The translations under genes and the position numbers were made by a program. The notes under the pieces were generated by a model. It was not told the DNA's origin, searched no databases, and worked only from the letters and a program-made list of their open reading frames with translations. From a virus (lineage: Duplodnaviria; Caudoviricetes): a stretch of DNA of 62,098 bases. The stretch is taken from the IMG/VR virus record IMGVR_UViG_3300046777_000588, positions 1 through 62,098 of that record; one strand, given 5' to 3'. Positions 1-10,299 of the stretch are shown here, piece by piece (the first letter of the stretch is position 1; each line of letters starts with the position of its first letter).

Positions 1-127
1 AGAAAGAGACTCTCGCGAAACTCTCAAAACACCAAGAAAAATAATTTCTCGCGCACGCATTTATTTTATTGACTAGCCCACGGAACCGCACTGGATGCGG
101 GTTTGCGGGCGTTTCAATTTCCAAAAA
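1..127. repeat. 127-bp direct repeat identical to 61972-62098 (circular assembly overlap)
   Basis: Sequence from AGAAAGAGACTCTCGCG to TTTCCAAAAA is identical at both ends; 127 is a common maximum assembler k-mer. Confidence 0.95.
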
Positions 128-428
128 TAATTGAAAAAAACATTTTGAGAGACCAAAAGAAAAATCAGATTTTGCAACTTCCCGCCCGTAAGAGGCAGGG
201 GAATGTTGCTAGCAATTTGCCAGATTCATTTTCCATGCCAATTTAATAACTTCACAAATTAATTATCATGCCAACTAATCCCGATTAGATGGCGAATACA
301 TTCAGTCTATTTACTGCAAGCAATCGACGGAAAATATGATGAACATCATATTGCCACCGCGTTGCGGCGGAGGGTAACATCAGAAAAAAAGACTTGGCAA
401 GCACAAAATCACTTCTAGGCTAAAAAAT

Positions 429-902
429 ATGGAAAAGAAAATGGGAAGGCCCACAGACTACACAGACCAAAAGGGAAAAGAAATCTGCATGATGGTTGAA
501 TCTGGAATGACGCTTACAAGCATATGCAACCTTCCAGATATGCCACACATATCCACGATCTATGATTGGCAGGATTCGCATCCCGACTTTGCCGAACGCT
601 ACTCACACGCGAGGGCGAGATGTGCAGACACTTTAGCAGGCAGAGTAATCGATGAAGCTATGAACTCACACGATGCGCCAATCGGCAGGCTCCGCATGGA
701 TGCATTGAAGTGGTATGCCTCCAAACTGGCTCCCAAGAAGTATGGCGATAAGGTAGAGGTTGAACAGACGGGAAGTCAGAACTTCAAGATTTCGTTCGCC
801 GTTCCAGAGCGTGACACGCGTGACTCACTGAAAGAACTATCGGTTCCAGTTTCTAGGTTAGCTGATGCTCCGATTGAGGCTGAAATCGTCGATTCAGAAT
901 AG
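429..902 (+). CDS. terS: Terminase small subunit (Sf6/P22-like)
   Basis: N-terminal GRPTDYT HTH and DALKWYASKLAPKKYGDK motif typical of this TerS family; first gene of the packaging arm. Confidence 0.85.
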   Translation: MEKKMGRPTDYTDQKGKEICMMVESGMTLTSICNLPDMPHISTIYDWQDSHPDFAERYSHARARCADTLAGRVIDEAMNSHDAPIGRLRMDALKWYASKLAPKKYGDKVEVEQTGSQNFKISFAVPERDTRDSLKELSVPVSRLADAPIEAEIVDSE

Positions 903-1162
903 CAATACGCATAGTGAATCCATGCATACTGGAATTGGCATATGGTGTTTTCAGATGTATGTCACTGGTAAATAGTGGGTTGTTCTGCGTAATCAGCCTA
1001 TAAGTTCAAATAATGCAGATTGTAGATAATCAAATCTGCTGGAATCTGTCATATTTCGACATTCCCGTGCAGGAATAATATCCCGTTATCCATCACGGAA
1101 TCGCGCATTCTTCCCGATAGGGAATTGACTCTGATTTGATTTGTGGCACACTCCGCGCCCCT

Positions 1163-1369
1163 ATGTCCAAAAAAACACGCACCGAACTAGAAATACTTTC
1201 ACACGCATACGAAAAGAACCCTACCCCCGAAAACTCCGCCATGTTTATCAAAACCCTACTGGAAGCCCTCAAATCCCGAGAAGAGGCCATTGATGAGTTG
1301 GAAAAGGGAATCCGCACGCTAGAGCTTTTTCTAGCTGAAAAAACCGATTGCGGTAGAAAAAAACCATGA
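1163..1369 (+). CDS. Hypothetical coiled-coil protein
   Basis: ORF with likely ATG at 1163, closely followed by the next gene. Confidence 0.55.
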   Translation: MSKKTRTELEILSHAYEKNPTPENSAMFIKTLLEALKSREEAIDELEKGIRTLELFLAEKTDCGRKKP

Positions 1370-1383
1370 TAGAGGGAAAGTCT

Positions 1384-1854
1384 ATGGAATATCAAACTCA
1401 CCGAGAATTTGTCCGAAAACTTTGCAAAGCTGGATCAGTCATTGCCGAAGAACTCACGCCCGATGATTGCCACCGCCTACATATGGCAATCGGTATCAGT
1501 GGCGAGGCTGGCGAACTTCTCGACGCCGTAAAGAAAGCCACTATTTACCGCAAGCAACTAGACATTGCCAACATTGTCGAAGAATGCGGGGATTTGCTTT
1601 TTTACATTGCTGGAATGCTCGATTCCATTGGCGTGGATATTGAATCCGCTATGGCCGCGAATGTGTCGAAACTCTCGATCCGATACGGGAAAAGTTACAG
1701 CGACGAATCAGCCATTGCGCGACTCGACAAGGTTGAGACGCTAGACAAAGACCACGGCGACGAAGTAAAGAAGCCAGAACCCGACGAAGATTTTAACGAG
1801 ATCGTTCCTCGCGCCTGTAGCCTCGAAGATGAAGATTGCGAATCATGCCAATGA
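1384..1854 (+). CDS. MazG-like NTP pyrophosphohydrolase with acidic Cys-rich C-terminal tail
   Basis: GISGEAGELLDAVKK...EECGDLLFY...N.SKL..RY motifs of the MazG/all-alpha NTP-PPase fold. Confidence 0.85.
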   Translation: MEYQTHREFVRKLCKAGSVIAEELTPDDCHRLHMAIGISGEAGELLDAVKKATIYRKQLDIANIVEECGDLLFYIAGMLDSIGVDIESAMAANVSKLSIRYGKSYSDESAIARLDKVETLDKDHGDEVKKPEPDEDFNEIVPRACSLEDEDCESCQ

Positions 1855-2243
1855 GTGACAAGTCACAACAATATTGGGAAGGGTTCGCAGATGGACAGCG
1901 TGATATTGAAAGCCAGATGGACATTGAGGAAAGTTACATCGACCCGAACGATTTCATTCAATCGCTCGATTTGTATGCGGGTTGGCTGATGGGATTGATT
2001 CAAAACAATGGAAGCGATGAGATAGACGATGAGGGTGCGCCGATATACGCGAAATATTCAGACGCTACCATTGCCGGAATTGCCGCCGCATTCACCTATG
2101 CAAGACTTTTGCGCGTTGTATCGGCTTGCATTTTTCGACTGAATCAGGGTGACTTCACCGAGGAACATTTCCATCACGAACTGAATCATGCTTTGCATAT
2201 GCTGGAAACGAACAGCCCCGAAACGCTAGACTATGAGGACTGA
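1851..2243 (+). CDS. Hypothetical protein
   Basis: ATGA-coupled ORF in an operon. Confidence 0.65.
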   Translation: MSDKSQQYWEGFADGQRDIESQMDIEESYIDPNDFIQSLDLYAGWLMGLIQNNGSDEIDDEGAPIYAKYSDATIAGIAAAFTYARLLRVVSACIFRLNQGDFTEEHFHHELNHALHMLETNSPETLDYED

Positions 2244-2553
2244 AAAGCAAATCACCGAACTTGCGGAGAAATATCACGCATTGATAGCGGGAGACCATCA
2301 CAAGGACAGGGATTGCCATTGGCACATTGAAACCCGTTGGAGTTACGGCAAGCCGCCTGTTTTCATCGTGGAACATTGCGGATATTTACACGAAACGGAG
2401 CGTGCTATTTTCGACAAATACGAAACGGCAATGGCATTCCTGCGCGATGAGTTAAAAGACGCGATAGAAATAGAAGAGTTTCACAAGGCTAACATCGACA
2501 GCATAAGATTCCCTGATGACATCCCCGGCGAACTCAGAGCGTTTGAACTATGA
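2233..2553 (+). CDS. Hypothetical protein
   Basis: Overlapping operon ORF with DHHKDRDCHW motif. Confidence 0.65.
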   Translation: MRTEKQITELAEKYHALIAGDHHKDRDCHWHIETRWSYGKPPVFIVEHCGYLHETERAIFDKYETAMAFLRDELKDAIEIEEFHKANIDSIRFPDDIPGELRAFEL

Positions 2554-3062
2554 ACTGGAACGAGTATGCGTTAGAGCTTGCAACTGTAGCAGCAAAGAAA
2601 AGCAAAGACCCATGGCGTCAAGTTGGAGCTTGTTTGCTTCGCCATGATAATACAGTGGCAGGGATTGGCTATAACGGCTTTCCCGCTGGTATGCGTGAAG
2701 ATTGGGTGGATAGGGATAAGCGAAGGCTCTACATCGTCCATGCAGAGCAAAATGCTTTGCGTTATGTAAAGCCAGATGAGTGTTCGACGATTGCTGTGAC
2801 ATTGTTGCCGTGCAATGATTGCTTGCGTTCTATTGCATCCTATGGAATCAAGACTGTGATCTATAGAGATATTTATGACAGAGACATCACGAGCATTTCA
2901 CTAGCGCAAGATTTCGGAATAAAGTTAGTGAGGATGCAGGATAAACGATTTTCCTCATATTGGGATCATTCAACAAAGCCGTCGATGTTTGTCGTGAAAG
3001 AAAATGGAGTTGAGATTTATCGTGGAGGGTATACAGAAGGCGAGAAGCTTTTAGGAAAATAA
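2550..3062 (+). CDS. dCMP deaminase (ComEB-like)
   Basis: SKDP..QVGAC, GYNG, HAEQNA and PCNDC zinc-binding motifs. Confidence 0.92.
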   Translation: MNWNEYALELATVAAKKSKDPWRQVGACLLRHDNTVAGIGYNGFPAGMREDWVDRDKRRLYIVHAEQNALRYVKPDECSTIAVTLLPCNDCLRSIASYGIKTVIYRDIYDRDITSISLAQDFGIKLVRMQDKRFSSYWDHSTKPSMFVVKENGVEIYRGGYTEGEKLLGK

Positions 3063-3066
3063 ATAT

Positions 3067-4173
3067 ATGCGGTTCCACATTCTTGGCCTTCCCCATACAG
3101 TAACATCAAAAGAGTTCAATGCCTGTGCATATACTCAGAAGGTTGTAAAGTTTGGCAAGATGATGGTGGAGCGAGGGCATGAAGTGATTCACTACGGTCA
3201 TGAGGATTCGGATTTAATCTGCACGGAGAATGTGCCAGTGTTGACGAATGATGACTTCCAGAAAAGCTATGGTTCGCATGATTGGAGAAAGACATTTTTC
3301 AAGTTCAATATGCAGGATCACGCTTATCAGACCTTTTTCAAGAATGCTATTGAGGAAGTAGGGAAAAGGAAACTGAAGCATGATTTCATTCTGCCTTTCT
3401 GGGGTAGTGGAGTAAGGCCGATTTGTGACGCACATCCTGACATGATTTGCGTTGAGCCGGGCATTGGGTATGCGGGCGGGCATTGGGCAAGGTGGAAAGT
3501 CTGGGAGAGTTACGCGATTTACCATGCTTATTACGGCTTGCAGGCTGTTGGAAATTGTCGGCAAGATTGGTATGATGTTGTGATACCGAATTATTTCGAT
3601 GTAGAAGATTTCGAGTTTAATCCTCACAAAGAAGATTACTTTCTGTATCTAGGCAGGGTTTACAGTGGAAAAGGTGTTGATGTAGCGATTCAGGCAACAG
3701 AGAGGGCAGGGGTGAAGCTAGTCATCGCAGGTCAGAAAGAAGAAGGATACAAATTGCCAGACCATGTGGAATATGTTGGGTATGCTGATGTGGAGAAAAG
3801 AAAGAAGCTAATGGCTAACGCAAAAGCTAGTTTCGTTCCTAGCCAGTATATCGAGCCATTCGGAGGGGTTCAGGTTGAGAATTTGCTGTGTGGAACGCCA
3901 ACGATTACGACAGACTGGGGTAGCTTTACGGAAAATAACCTCCATGGCATCACAGGATTCCGATGCAGGACGATGGGTGACTTTGTGGATGCTATCAATA
4001 ATATTGATGAGATTGACCCGAAAGATTGCAGGAAATGGGGCATGAACTTTAGTCTGGAGAAAGTTGCGCCGATGTATGAGAAATATTTCAGCGATGTGCT
4101 TGATGTCTACGAAGGCAAAGGTTGGTATGCAGAAGGCAATGGCTTGTTTTCCTCAGTAAAGAATTATCCATGA
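3067..4173 (+). CDS. Glycosyltransferase, GT-B fold (GT4-like)
   Basis: YLGRV..GKG, EPFGGVQVE..LCGTP.I.TD.G motifs. Confidence 0.9.
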   Translation: MRFHILGLPHTVTSKEFNACAYTQKVVKFGKMMVERGHEVIHYGHEDSDLICTENVPVLTNDDFQKSYGSHDWRKTFFKFNMQDHAYQTFFKNAIEEVGKRKLKHDFILPFWGSGVRPICDAHPDMICVEPGIGYAGGHWARWKVWESYAIYHAYYGLQAVGNCRQDWYDVVIPNYFDVEDFEFNPHKEDYFLYLGRVYSGKGVDVAIQATERAGVKLVIAGQKEEGYKLPDHVEYVGYADVEKRKKLMANAKASFVPSQYIEPFGGVQVENLLCGTPTITTDWGSFTENNLHGITGFRCRTMGDFVDAINNIDEIDPKDCRKWGMNFSLEKVAPMYEKYFSDVLDVYEGKGWYAEGNGLFSSVKNYP

Positions 4174-4177
4174 ATAT

Positions 4178-4396
4178 ATGAAAAATAAAAAAATAGATCA
4201 GTTGAAAATTGAAAACGCAGTTCTTGAAAATAGAATACAATACTGTGTTGATTTTTCAAATTACATAATAAAGAATGATGCTAAGATTGATATTGTTAAG
4301 TTTTGTGGTCATTTGATTTCTGTATTTAGACCTCCTATTGGAGAATTGCCGATACCTCGTAAATTCCATTTCAGGATTCCGCCAGAAGAACCATGA
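4178..4396 (+). CDS. Hypothetical protein
   Basis: AT-rich ORF in operon context. Confidence 0.5.
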   Translation: MKNKKIDQLKIENAVLENRIQYCVDFSNYIIKNDAKIDIVKFCGHLISVFRPPIGELPIPRKFHFRIPPEEP

Positions 4397-4450
4397 ATTA
4401 TATTGTTGTTGGTGTTATTATTTATTGTATTATACTATATTATATTGAAT

Positions 4451-4732
4451 ATGAAAGCAATACTTGAATTTAATCTGCCTGAAGACCAAGACGACCATGC
4501 CTATGCTCTCCATGGGCTGGATGCTTTGTTAGTCATTAACGACTTGGAGGAAGAAATTAGACGCAAACTGCGATATGATACTGGAGAGTTTAAGGAGTTT
4601 AATGTTGAAGGATACGACGATGATGGAAAACAAGTGAATCGTAGAGTTAAGGGTTGCTCTGATACACTGGAACAGGTTTGGAATGTGTTGCTTCGATTTA
4701 AGCGCGAAAGGAATTTGCCAGAGCTTACATGA
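4451..4732 (+). CDS. Hypothetical phage protein (MKAILEFNLPED type)
   Basis: ATG at 4451; ATGA-coupled to terL. Confidence 0.7.
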   Translation: MKAILEFNLPEDQDDHAYALHGLDALLVINDLEEEIRRKLRYDTGEFKEFNVEGYDDDGKQVNRRVKGCSDTLEQVWNVLLRFKRERNLPELT

Positions 4733-6585
4733 TTGGCGGAAGCGTTAATAGGGTTATCAAGTTAGCCGAGGAGATTAGAGAAGAGGCTGACAAGGATGAA
4801 GATGTAGGAATTGTCTATGCGGCAAAGCATATTATTCTTAACGCTGGAATTGTTAAAGGTAAGGTCGAGTTGGACATTCCAAAGTCAAAAGAAGTTGTAC
4901 AGTCTTATGTCCAGAGCTTACTAGATGCAGACCAGTTTGAAGCAGCGGCAACGATTCTCTGGGGTCCGCAGGTCTATGATTGGAGGCCAATGTCCAGTCA
5001 AAACACATGGAGATGTTTGTTCGATCACGATAAGTTGCTGATTCAAGGTGCAGGCGCGATGGGTAAAACATTCGGTGCGGCGGCATGGTTCTTGTTGGAT
5101 TGGATGCGTGATCCTCACTATACTTGTATTAAAGTTGTGTCATTGACAGCAGAACACGCACAACGAAATGTATTTGCAGCTATTAAGAAGTTCTATACTA
5201 CTGCATTGGTTAGACCAGAATTTGAAGGCAGTGAGACACTTGTAAAAAGTATCCAAGCTAATAGTGATAATAAAAATGGCATTCACCTAGTTGCTGTTCC
5301 AAGGGGCGATAGCGGAACGGGAACATTGCGTGGTTTCCATCCTAGCCCAAGAAGTGGTAAGCCGCATCCGAAATGGGGCAGGATGTCTAGGACTCATGTT
5401 GTGCTGGACGAGGCGGAAGAAGTCCCTGCTGGAGTCTGGGAAGGCTTGCAGAACATCTTGTCAGCGGCAGATACAGAAGGCGCAAAAGGACGAATCAAGA
5501 TTTTTGCGGCAAGCAACCCGAAAGATAGGACTAGTGAATTTGGCAAGCGTTGTGAGCCAACAGCAGGCTGGGGTTCGATTGACTGCGAGGATGACTTGGA
5601 ATGGAAAAGTCGTGATGGTTGGCATATCTTGCGATTGGATGCCGCTAGGTGCGAGAATGTGATTGAGAAGAAAATCGTATTCCCCGGTCTTCAGACTCAC
5701 GAAGGCTATCAAGCCTACGAATCTAAGGGCAAGACGGCAGAATATTATACAATGGCTAGGGGTTGGTTCCCACAGGAAGGTGTGTCCATGGCGATAATGA
5801 CGCCAGCAATGATGGACAATGCCATGGGAATTACCCGCTTTGTTGGGCCTGTAGTGCCTCTGTGTGCGTTCGATTTGGCTTTGGAGGGCAATGACCAAGT
5901 AATCTGTTCTTTTGGCAGATTTGGGCTATCTGATGGCTATACGCCAATGAGTGGTAGATTTGTTGATTACAAGAAGCCAAAGGTTGTCTTGCAACTTGAC
6001 TCACAGATTCCATTTCCAAAGGCCGCGACATTGGAGCAAGCGAATAACATTATCAAATTCTGCAAGAATATGCGTATTGCTCCGAACTGGGTATGCGTTG
6101 ACCGAACAGGCAATGGTGCTGGTATCCATGACTCTCTTGTTTCTGTGTGGGGAGATGTTCTTGGAGTCAACTACTCAACAGCGGCTACAGATACTCACAT
6201 TCTTGGCGACGATTCATTGCCAGCATCGCAACTTTATTCTGGTGTAGTCACCGAATTGATTTTCGGTCTAGCAAAGTATCTGGAGTTTGAGTATCTGAAA
6301 ATCTCGCCGGGGTTCCGTAGCGAAGAGTTGGTGCGACAAGCTACTGCGAGACGATACAAGCAGAAAGGCCAAGGCTTGGTTCGTGTGGAAAGCAAAGGAG
6401 ATTATTGCAAGCGCACACGGCAACATTCACCAGACGCATTGGATTCGCTTTCCTTGCTTGTGTTTCTTTTGAGACAACGAGGAGGCGCAATTGCGACGAT
6501 GACAGATGCAAAGCCAGAGTTACCAACAAGAACAAAAGCCTTGCAAGGAATTGAAAAAATGGAATATGTAGATTTTTCAGAATAA
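4729..6585 (+). CDS. terL: Terminase large subunit
   Basis: Walker A GAGAMGKT, Walker B VVLDEAEE, ASNP coupling motif, RNase H-like FDLA, VDRTGNG and SPDALD motifs. Confidence 0.9.
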   Translation: MIGGSVNRVIKLAEEIREEADKDEDVGIVYAAKHIILNAGIVKGKVELDIPKSKEVVQSYVQSLLDADQFEAAATILWGPQVYDWRPMSSQNTWRCLFDHDKLLIQGAGAMGKTFGAAAWFLLDWMRDPHYTCIKVVSLTAEHAQRNVFAAIKKFYTTALVRPEFEGSETLVKSIQANSDNKNGIHLVAVPRGDSGTGTLRGFHPSPRSGKPHPKWGRMSRTHVVLDEAEEVPAGVWEGLQNILSAADTEGAKGRIKIFAASNPKDRTSEFGKRCEPTAGWGSIDCEDDLEWKSRDGWHILRLDAARCENVIEKKIVFPGLQTHEGYQAYESKGKTAEYYTMARGWFPQEGVSMAIMTPAMMDNAMGITRFVGPVVPLCAFDLALEGNDQVICSFGRFGLSDGYTPMSGRFVDYKKPKVVLQLDSQIPFPKAATLEQANNIIKFCKNMRIAPNWVCVDRTGNGAGIHDSLVSVWGDVLGVNYSTAATDTHILGDDSLPASQLYSGVVTELIFGLAKYLEFEYLKISPGFRSEELVRQATARRYKQKGQGLVRVESKGDYCKRTRQHSPDALDSLSLLVFLLRQRGGAIATMTDAKPELPTRTKALQGIEKMEYVDFSE

Positions 6586-6588
6586 TAT

Positions 6589-7170
6589 ATGCCAAGAGTA
6601 ATTCAAGGAATGGTCCCACCCGGAGGTTATCACTATATTGATGGTGATGTTAAAATTGTTGGTTATACATATCGCAATCTTATAGATAATGTAACAAGTT
6701 ATAGGGCAGAAAACCACTTGCCTATTAACGATGTTGAGGGAGATATAACCAACTACATCTGCGGTAATTGGCCGCATTTTTGTCATGGTGTCGATATGGT
6801 TACTGTAACGAGCATAAAACCTCCTACTCGGCAAGGTGACTTAATGAATGACATCTCCACTTGGGCTAGGAATATATTGCACTCTACAAAGCAGAATCAA
6901 CTTGTCAGCGATGAATTGGCTGAACAACGAGCTAAGATTTGTAGGCAATGTCCGAATAATGTGAACTGGCGAGGAGGATGTTCTTCTTGCATTGCGGCAA
7001 CAGATCGCATCTGCGCGAGTATCCGAAATGCTAGAGATACAAAATCATCACAAGTTCTAGGCGGATGTAAGTTATTGCGACACGATAACCGAACGGCGAT
7101 TTTCTTTGACAAAGACAATCTATCAGAATCAAATGATTTGCCAGAATTTTGCTGGTTGAATAATAAATAA
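6589..7170 (+). CDS. Cys-rich hypothetical protein between terL and portal
   Basis: 9 Cys including CRQC and CSSC. Confidence 0.7.
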   Translation: MPRVIQGMVPPGGYHYIDGDVKIVGYTYRNLIDNVTSYRAENHLPINDVEGDITNYICGNWPHFCHGVDMVTVTSIKPPTRQGDLMNDISTWARNILHSTKQNQLVSDELAEQRAKICRQCPNNVNWRGGCSSCIAATDRICASIRNARDTKSSQVLGGCKLLRHDNRTAIFFDKDNLSESNDLPEFCWLNNK

Positions 7171-7172
7171 TT

Positions 7173-9596
7173 ATGGCAGATGTTTTAAAACCGCTACCCG
7201 CAATTGTTACCGATACTTACGCTAACAAGGCTCCGCGCATTTCAGATCAAAGCAAACCAAGGACATTAAACCTTGATGTTGTTGATCCTTCTCCTACTAG
7301 CAATGGAGATACTGTTGATCCAAAGACGCTACAAGTTCGTCGCACATTCAAAGATGCTGCCCAAGCTCACTCTGCCTATCGTCGCTTGAAACAACAGAAT
7401 GTTGAGCGCAACCGCAAGAATCAACTGATCCAAAAGAAGCTCAACAACGAGCCTCCATATAGCGCAAAGAAGCTGGAGAGCATGGGGCAGAACTGGCGCA
7501 GCAATCGTCCGACAGGATTCTTGTCCACGATGGTTAGCCGCATTCAGCCTCCGTTCAAACAAGTCATTGAGCAAGCTCCTACGCTGACATACACAAAGTT
7601 TCCTGTTGAGGGAGTTGACTCTGAAAACAAGACCAAGGTTTTCCGCGAAGAGATTACAAAATGTATCCGTGGATGGAAGGGCCATGACGACATCGTTGCA
7701 CAAGTTGTTCACGAGAATACCACCTTTGGATTCTGTGCATTGTGCTGGGATGATCTTCGTGATTGGAAGCCAGAGTTCCTTCGTCAAGACTACACATTCT
7801 TTTCTATCGAGACTCCGCAAGAAACAGAAGCAACTCCAATCTGGGCGCGGAAACGCCGCTATCAAATTGCAGAGTTGTTGCCAGTTCTCGAAGACCCGCA
7901 GATGTCCGCAATGGCTGGTTGGCACATCAAGAATCTTGTTAAAGCAATCAACAATGCTATCCCTGCTGGACGCACGCTTGATTCTGATGACGATGCTCGC
8001 CGATACGAGGATTGGATTCGTGAAGGAAGCTACGGAGCAAGCTACGAGAACGATGCGAAGTATGTCGAGCTAGGCGAGCTTTTGGTTCGTGAGCCAAATG
8101 GTAAGATTAGCCGTTTCCTTTTTGATGATAAATCTGGCGACGAGATTTGCACACAGATTGATCGTTACAGCAAAATGAGCGAATGCCTCGCGTTGTTTTC
8201 TGTTGAGATTGGTAGTGGTGCATTGATGAGTTCCCGTGGTGCTGGGCGCGATCTTTACAATACTCATATTGCTGTTGAGAAGGCTCGCAACCTTGTTGTG
8301 GATAATTCCTATCTATCTGGAATGTTGCTTCTCAAGAAAGGCCCGAATGCCAAGGCTGGGGCTGCTCCGCTGACTGTCCATCATCCTGTCGCTTATATCG
8401 CGGAGGGATATGAAGTGATTCCGCAGAATATGCCTGCGAATGTGAATGACTTCTTGAACTTGGATCGCTTCATTTCTGGTCTTGCTGAAATTCAGATTGG
8501 CACATTCCTTCCAAGTTCTGCTCTTGGAATGCGCGACCAGAAAGTTACTGCTTCTGAGATTAACAGGGTGGCGGCTATCGAGAATCAAATCCGCGAAGGA
8601 ATCTTGATGCGGTTTACCAAGCAATACAGCAAAGCAGTTGAGCGTATGCAACGAGGCATATGCCATCCAGAACATATCAAAGCTGCCGCTGAGTTGAAGA
8701 CCAAGCTAGACATCGCTCGCCAGATGGTTCCTAACGCTGTTTGGGCTAGGGCTGATGTTGTCGATGCGTTTGATCGTAGCGTCATGGAATTGCCATCGTT
8801 CATGGTTCCATTCCAAGTTCCAGATCATTTGGATGAGGAGGCGATTGCTTGTTGTCTTAATATGCTTGAGCGCAATCTTCCTCCTTCGGATATTCTTCTC
8901 ATGGCATATAGCCCTGCTGAAGAGTTGTTGCCAGATACCCAAGCTCAGAACGATCAGATTCTTGACATGATGATCCAACGATACATGGGCAATCCTAATG
9001 TCAATCAAGACGAATTGCTCAAGTTGGATTGGAGTCGTAAACTTGGTGAGAGTATTGCGAATAGTGTAATTCTTCCAAAAGACCAAGTTGAGTCTCTGGC
9101 TATCGAAGCAACCCGCCAGCAGATTATCGAGCTTCAATCCATCATCGCTGGTCAAGAGGTTCCAGTCTCTCCGCGAGATAATGACATGGTTCATTTGAGT
9201 GTCATGGCTCAAAAGCTAATGCCGCTTATTGAAAACGCTCCTGCTGGTTCATTGCCTCCAGAGATGGTTCAACCGCTGAACAAAGCATTGGAGCATTTCA
9301 TGGGACATATCATGCAAGCTCAAGCCAAGGGAGCAGATAATAAAAAATTGGCAGAGTTTCGTTCTGCCGCAGAACAAGCATTCAGTCATCTTACCGCAGG
9401 ATATGGTGTTCCTCCTCCACAAGACTTAATGCCAGCAGCCGCAGGTGGCGCACCATCTCCAGCAGCAGGCGGACGGACTGGCCGTGTTGCACTTGGTCAA
9501 TCACGCGAGTTTGGAAAACTTGAAGGAGAAGTTCCTACACAATTTGGGATGGTTAATGATGTGGCTAACCCTCCAAAGCCTCCAACTGCTGGATAA
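7173..9596 (+). CDS. Portal protein
   Basis: 807 aa, follows terL, KVTASEI motif, helical Q/P-rich C-terminus as in podovirus-type portals. Confidence 0.75.
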   Translation: MADVLKPLPAIVTDTYANKAPRISDQSKPRTLNLDVVDPSPTSNGDTVDPKTLQVRRTFKDAAQAHSAYRRLKQQNVERNRKNQLIQKKLNNEPPYSAKKLESMGQNWRSNRPTGFLSTMVSRIQPPFKQVIEQAPTLTYTKFPVEGVDSENKTKVFREEITKCIRGWKGHDDIVAQVVHENTTFGFCALCWDDLRDWKPEFLRQDYTFFSIETPQETEATPIWARKRRYQIAELLPVLEDPQMSAMAGWHIKNLVKAINNAIPAGRTLDSDDDARRYEDWIREGSYGASYENDAKYVELGELLVREPNGKISRFLFDDKSGDEICTQIDRYSKMSECLALFSVEIGSGALMSSRGAGRDLYNTHIAVEKARNLVVDNSYLSGMLLLKKGPNAKAGAAPLTVHHPVAYIAEGYEVIPQNMPANVNDFLNLDRFISGLAEIQIGTFLPSSALGMRDQKVTASEINRVAAIENQIREGILMRFTKQYSKAVERMQRGICHPEHIKAAAELKTKLDIARQMVPNAVWARADVVDAFDRSVMELPSFMVPFQVPDHLDEEAIACCLNMLERNLPPSDILLMAYSPAEELLPDTQAQNDQILDMMIQRYMGNPNVNQDELLKLDWSRKLGESIANSVILPKDQVESLAIEATRQQIIELQSIIAGQEVPVSPRDNDMVHLSVMAQKLMPLIENAPAGSLPPEMVQPLNKALEHFMGHIMQAQAKGADNKKLAEFRSAAEQAFSHLTAGYGVPPPQDLMPAAAGGAPSPAAGGRTGRVALGQSREFGKLEGEVPTQFGMVNDVANPPKPPTAG

Positions 9597-9638
9597 AACA
9601 TTTGCACAATAACAAAATAACATATAACTAATAAAAAT

Positions 9639-9896
9639 ATGGGCGGATCACCTACAGAAATGCGAAAGAATGAAGCTGGCTCGGCTATGCCTAGCCAACC
9701 TGCTAAACTTGATACTCCTTACGAGCCTCAAGCATACGATAAATTCTATTCTCAGAAAGCTAATGCTAACGATCAAGAGATGCTTCGCAGTCTTGCTCGT
9801 GATCTTTACAACTCCGCTAAGGGAGCATTGAGCCAGAACTTTACTGGCCGCGATGCTTCTCCTGCCGCGAGTGCTGATAATACAAAAAATAAATAA
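9639..9896 (+). CDS. Hypothetical protein (MGG start)
   Basis: ORF with A-rich leader. Confidence 0.6.
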   Translation: MGGSPTEMRKNEAGSAMPSQPAKLDTPYEPQAYDKFYSQKANANDQEMLRSLARDLYNSAKGALSQNFTGRDASPAASADNTKNK

Positions 9897-9899
9897 TAA

Positions 9900-10139
9900 A
9901 TGAATTGGACGAGTGAAGACTCTGCCAAGTTTAGAGACTACTCACAAAAGAGTGGCTATAAGCTACGAGCATATTTGCAATCAATGGTTCCGCTTTGTGA
10001 CGGCAAAACAATCGAAGAGGTTGCTTTGCAGGCAAAATACAAAGAGGGCTATGAGCGAGTTTTGAAAGAAATTGATAGTATTGTTTCTTCCAAGACAAAT
10101 GAAGACGATGCCTCTAATGGCGGATTCACAACGATGTAA
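9900..10139 (+). CDS. Hypothetical portal-adjacent small protein
   Basis: Operon ORF. Confidence 0.65.
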   Translation: MNWTSEDSAKFRDYSQKSGYKLRAYLQSMVPLCDGKTIEEVALQAKYKEGYERVLKEIDSIVSSKTNEDDASNGGFTTM

Positions 10140-10141
10140 TT

Positions 10142-10297
10142 ATGGCAAGAACTAAACAACAAGGTCTGTGGGCCAATATTCATGCTAAACGCGAGCGCAT
10201 TAAAGCTGGCAGTGGAGAGAAGATGAGGAAGCCGAGTAGCAAAGGCGCACCAACAGCGAAAGCATTTAAGAAGTCTGCCAAAACTTCTAAAAAATAA
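10142..10297 (+). CDS. Small basic phage protein (GLWANIHAKRERIKAGSGEKMRKP family)
   Basis: 51-aa ORF translated by hand and missing from the ORF track; motif familiar from aquatic phages. Confidence 0.8.
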   Translation: MARTKQQGLWANIHAKRERIKAGSGEKMRKPSSKGAPTAKAFKKSAKTSKK

Positions 10298-10299
10298 TT

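Noticed and set aside
1-127. Biological direct terminal repeat
   Set aside because: The length of exactly 127 matches a standard assembler k-mer overlap, so it shows circularity rather than real termini.
903-1135. Gene or ncRNA in the gap after terS
   Set aside because: Only short TTCCCG/GGAA-type inverted motifs are present, with no convincing ORF or extended fold.
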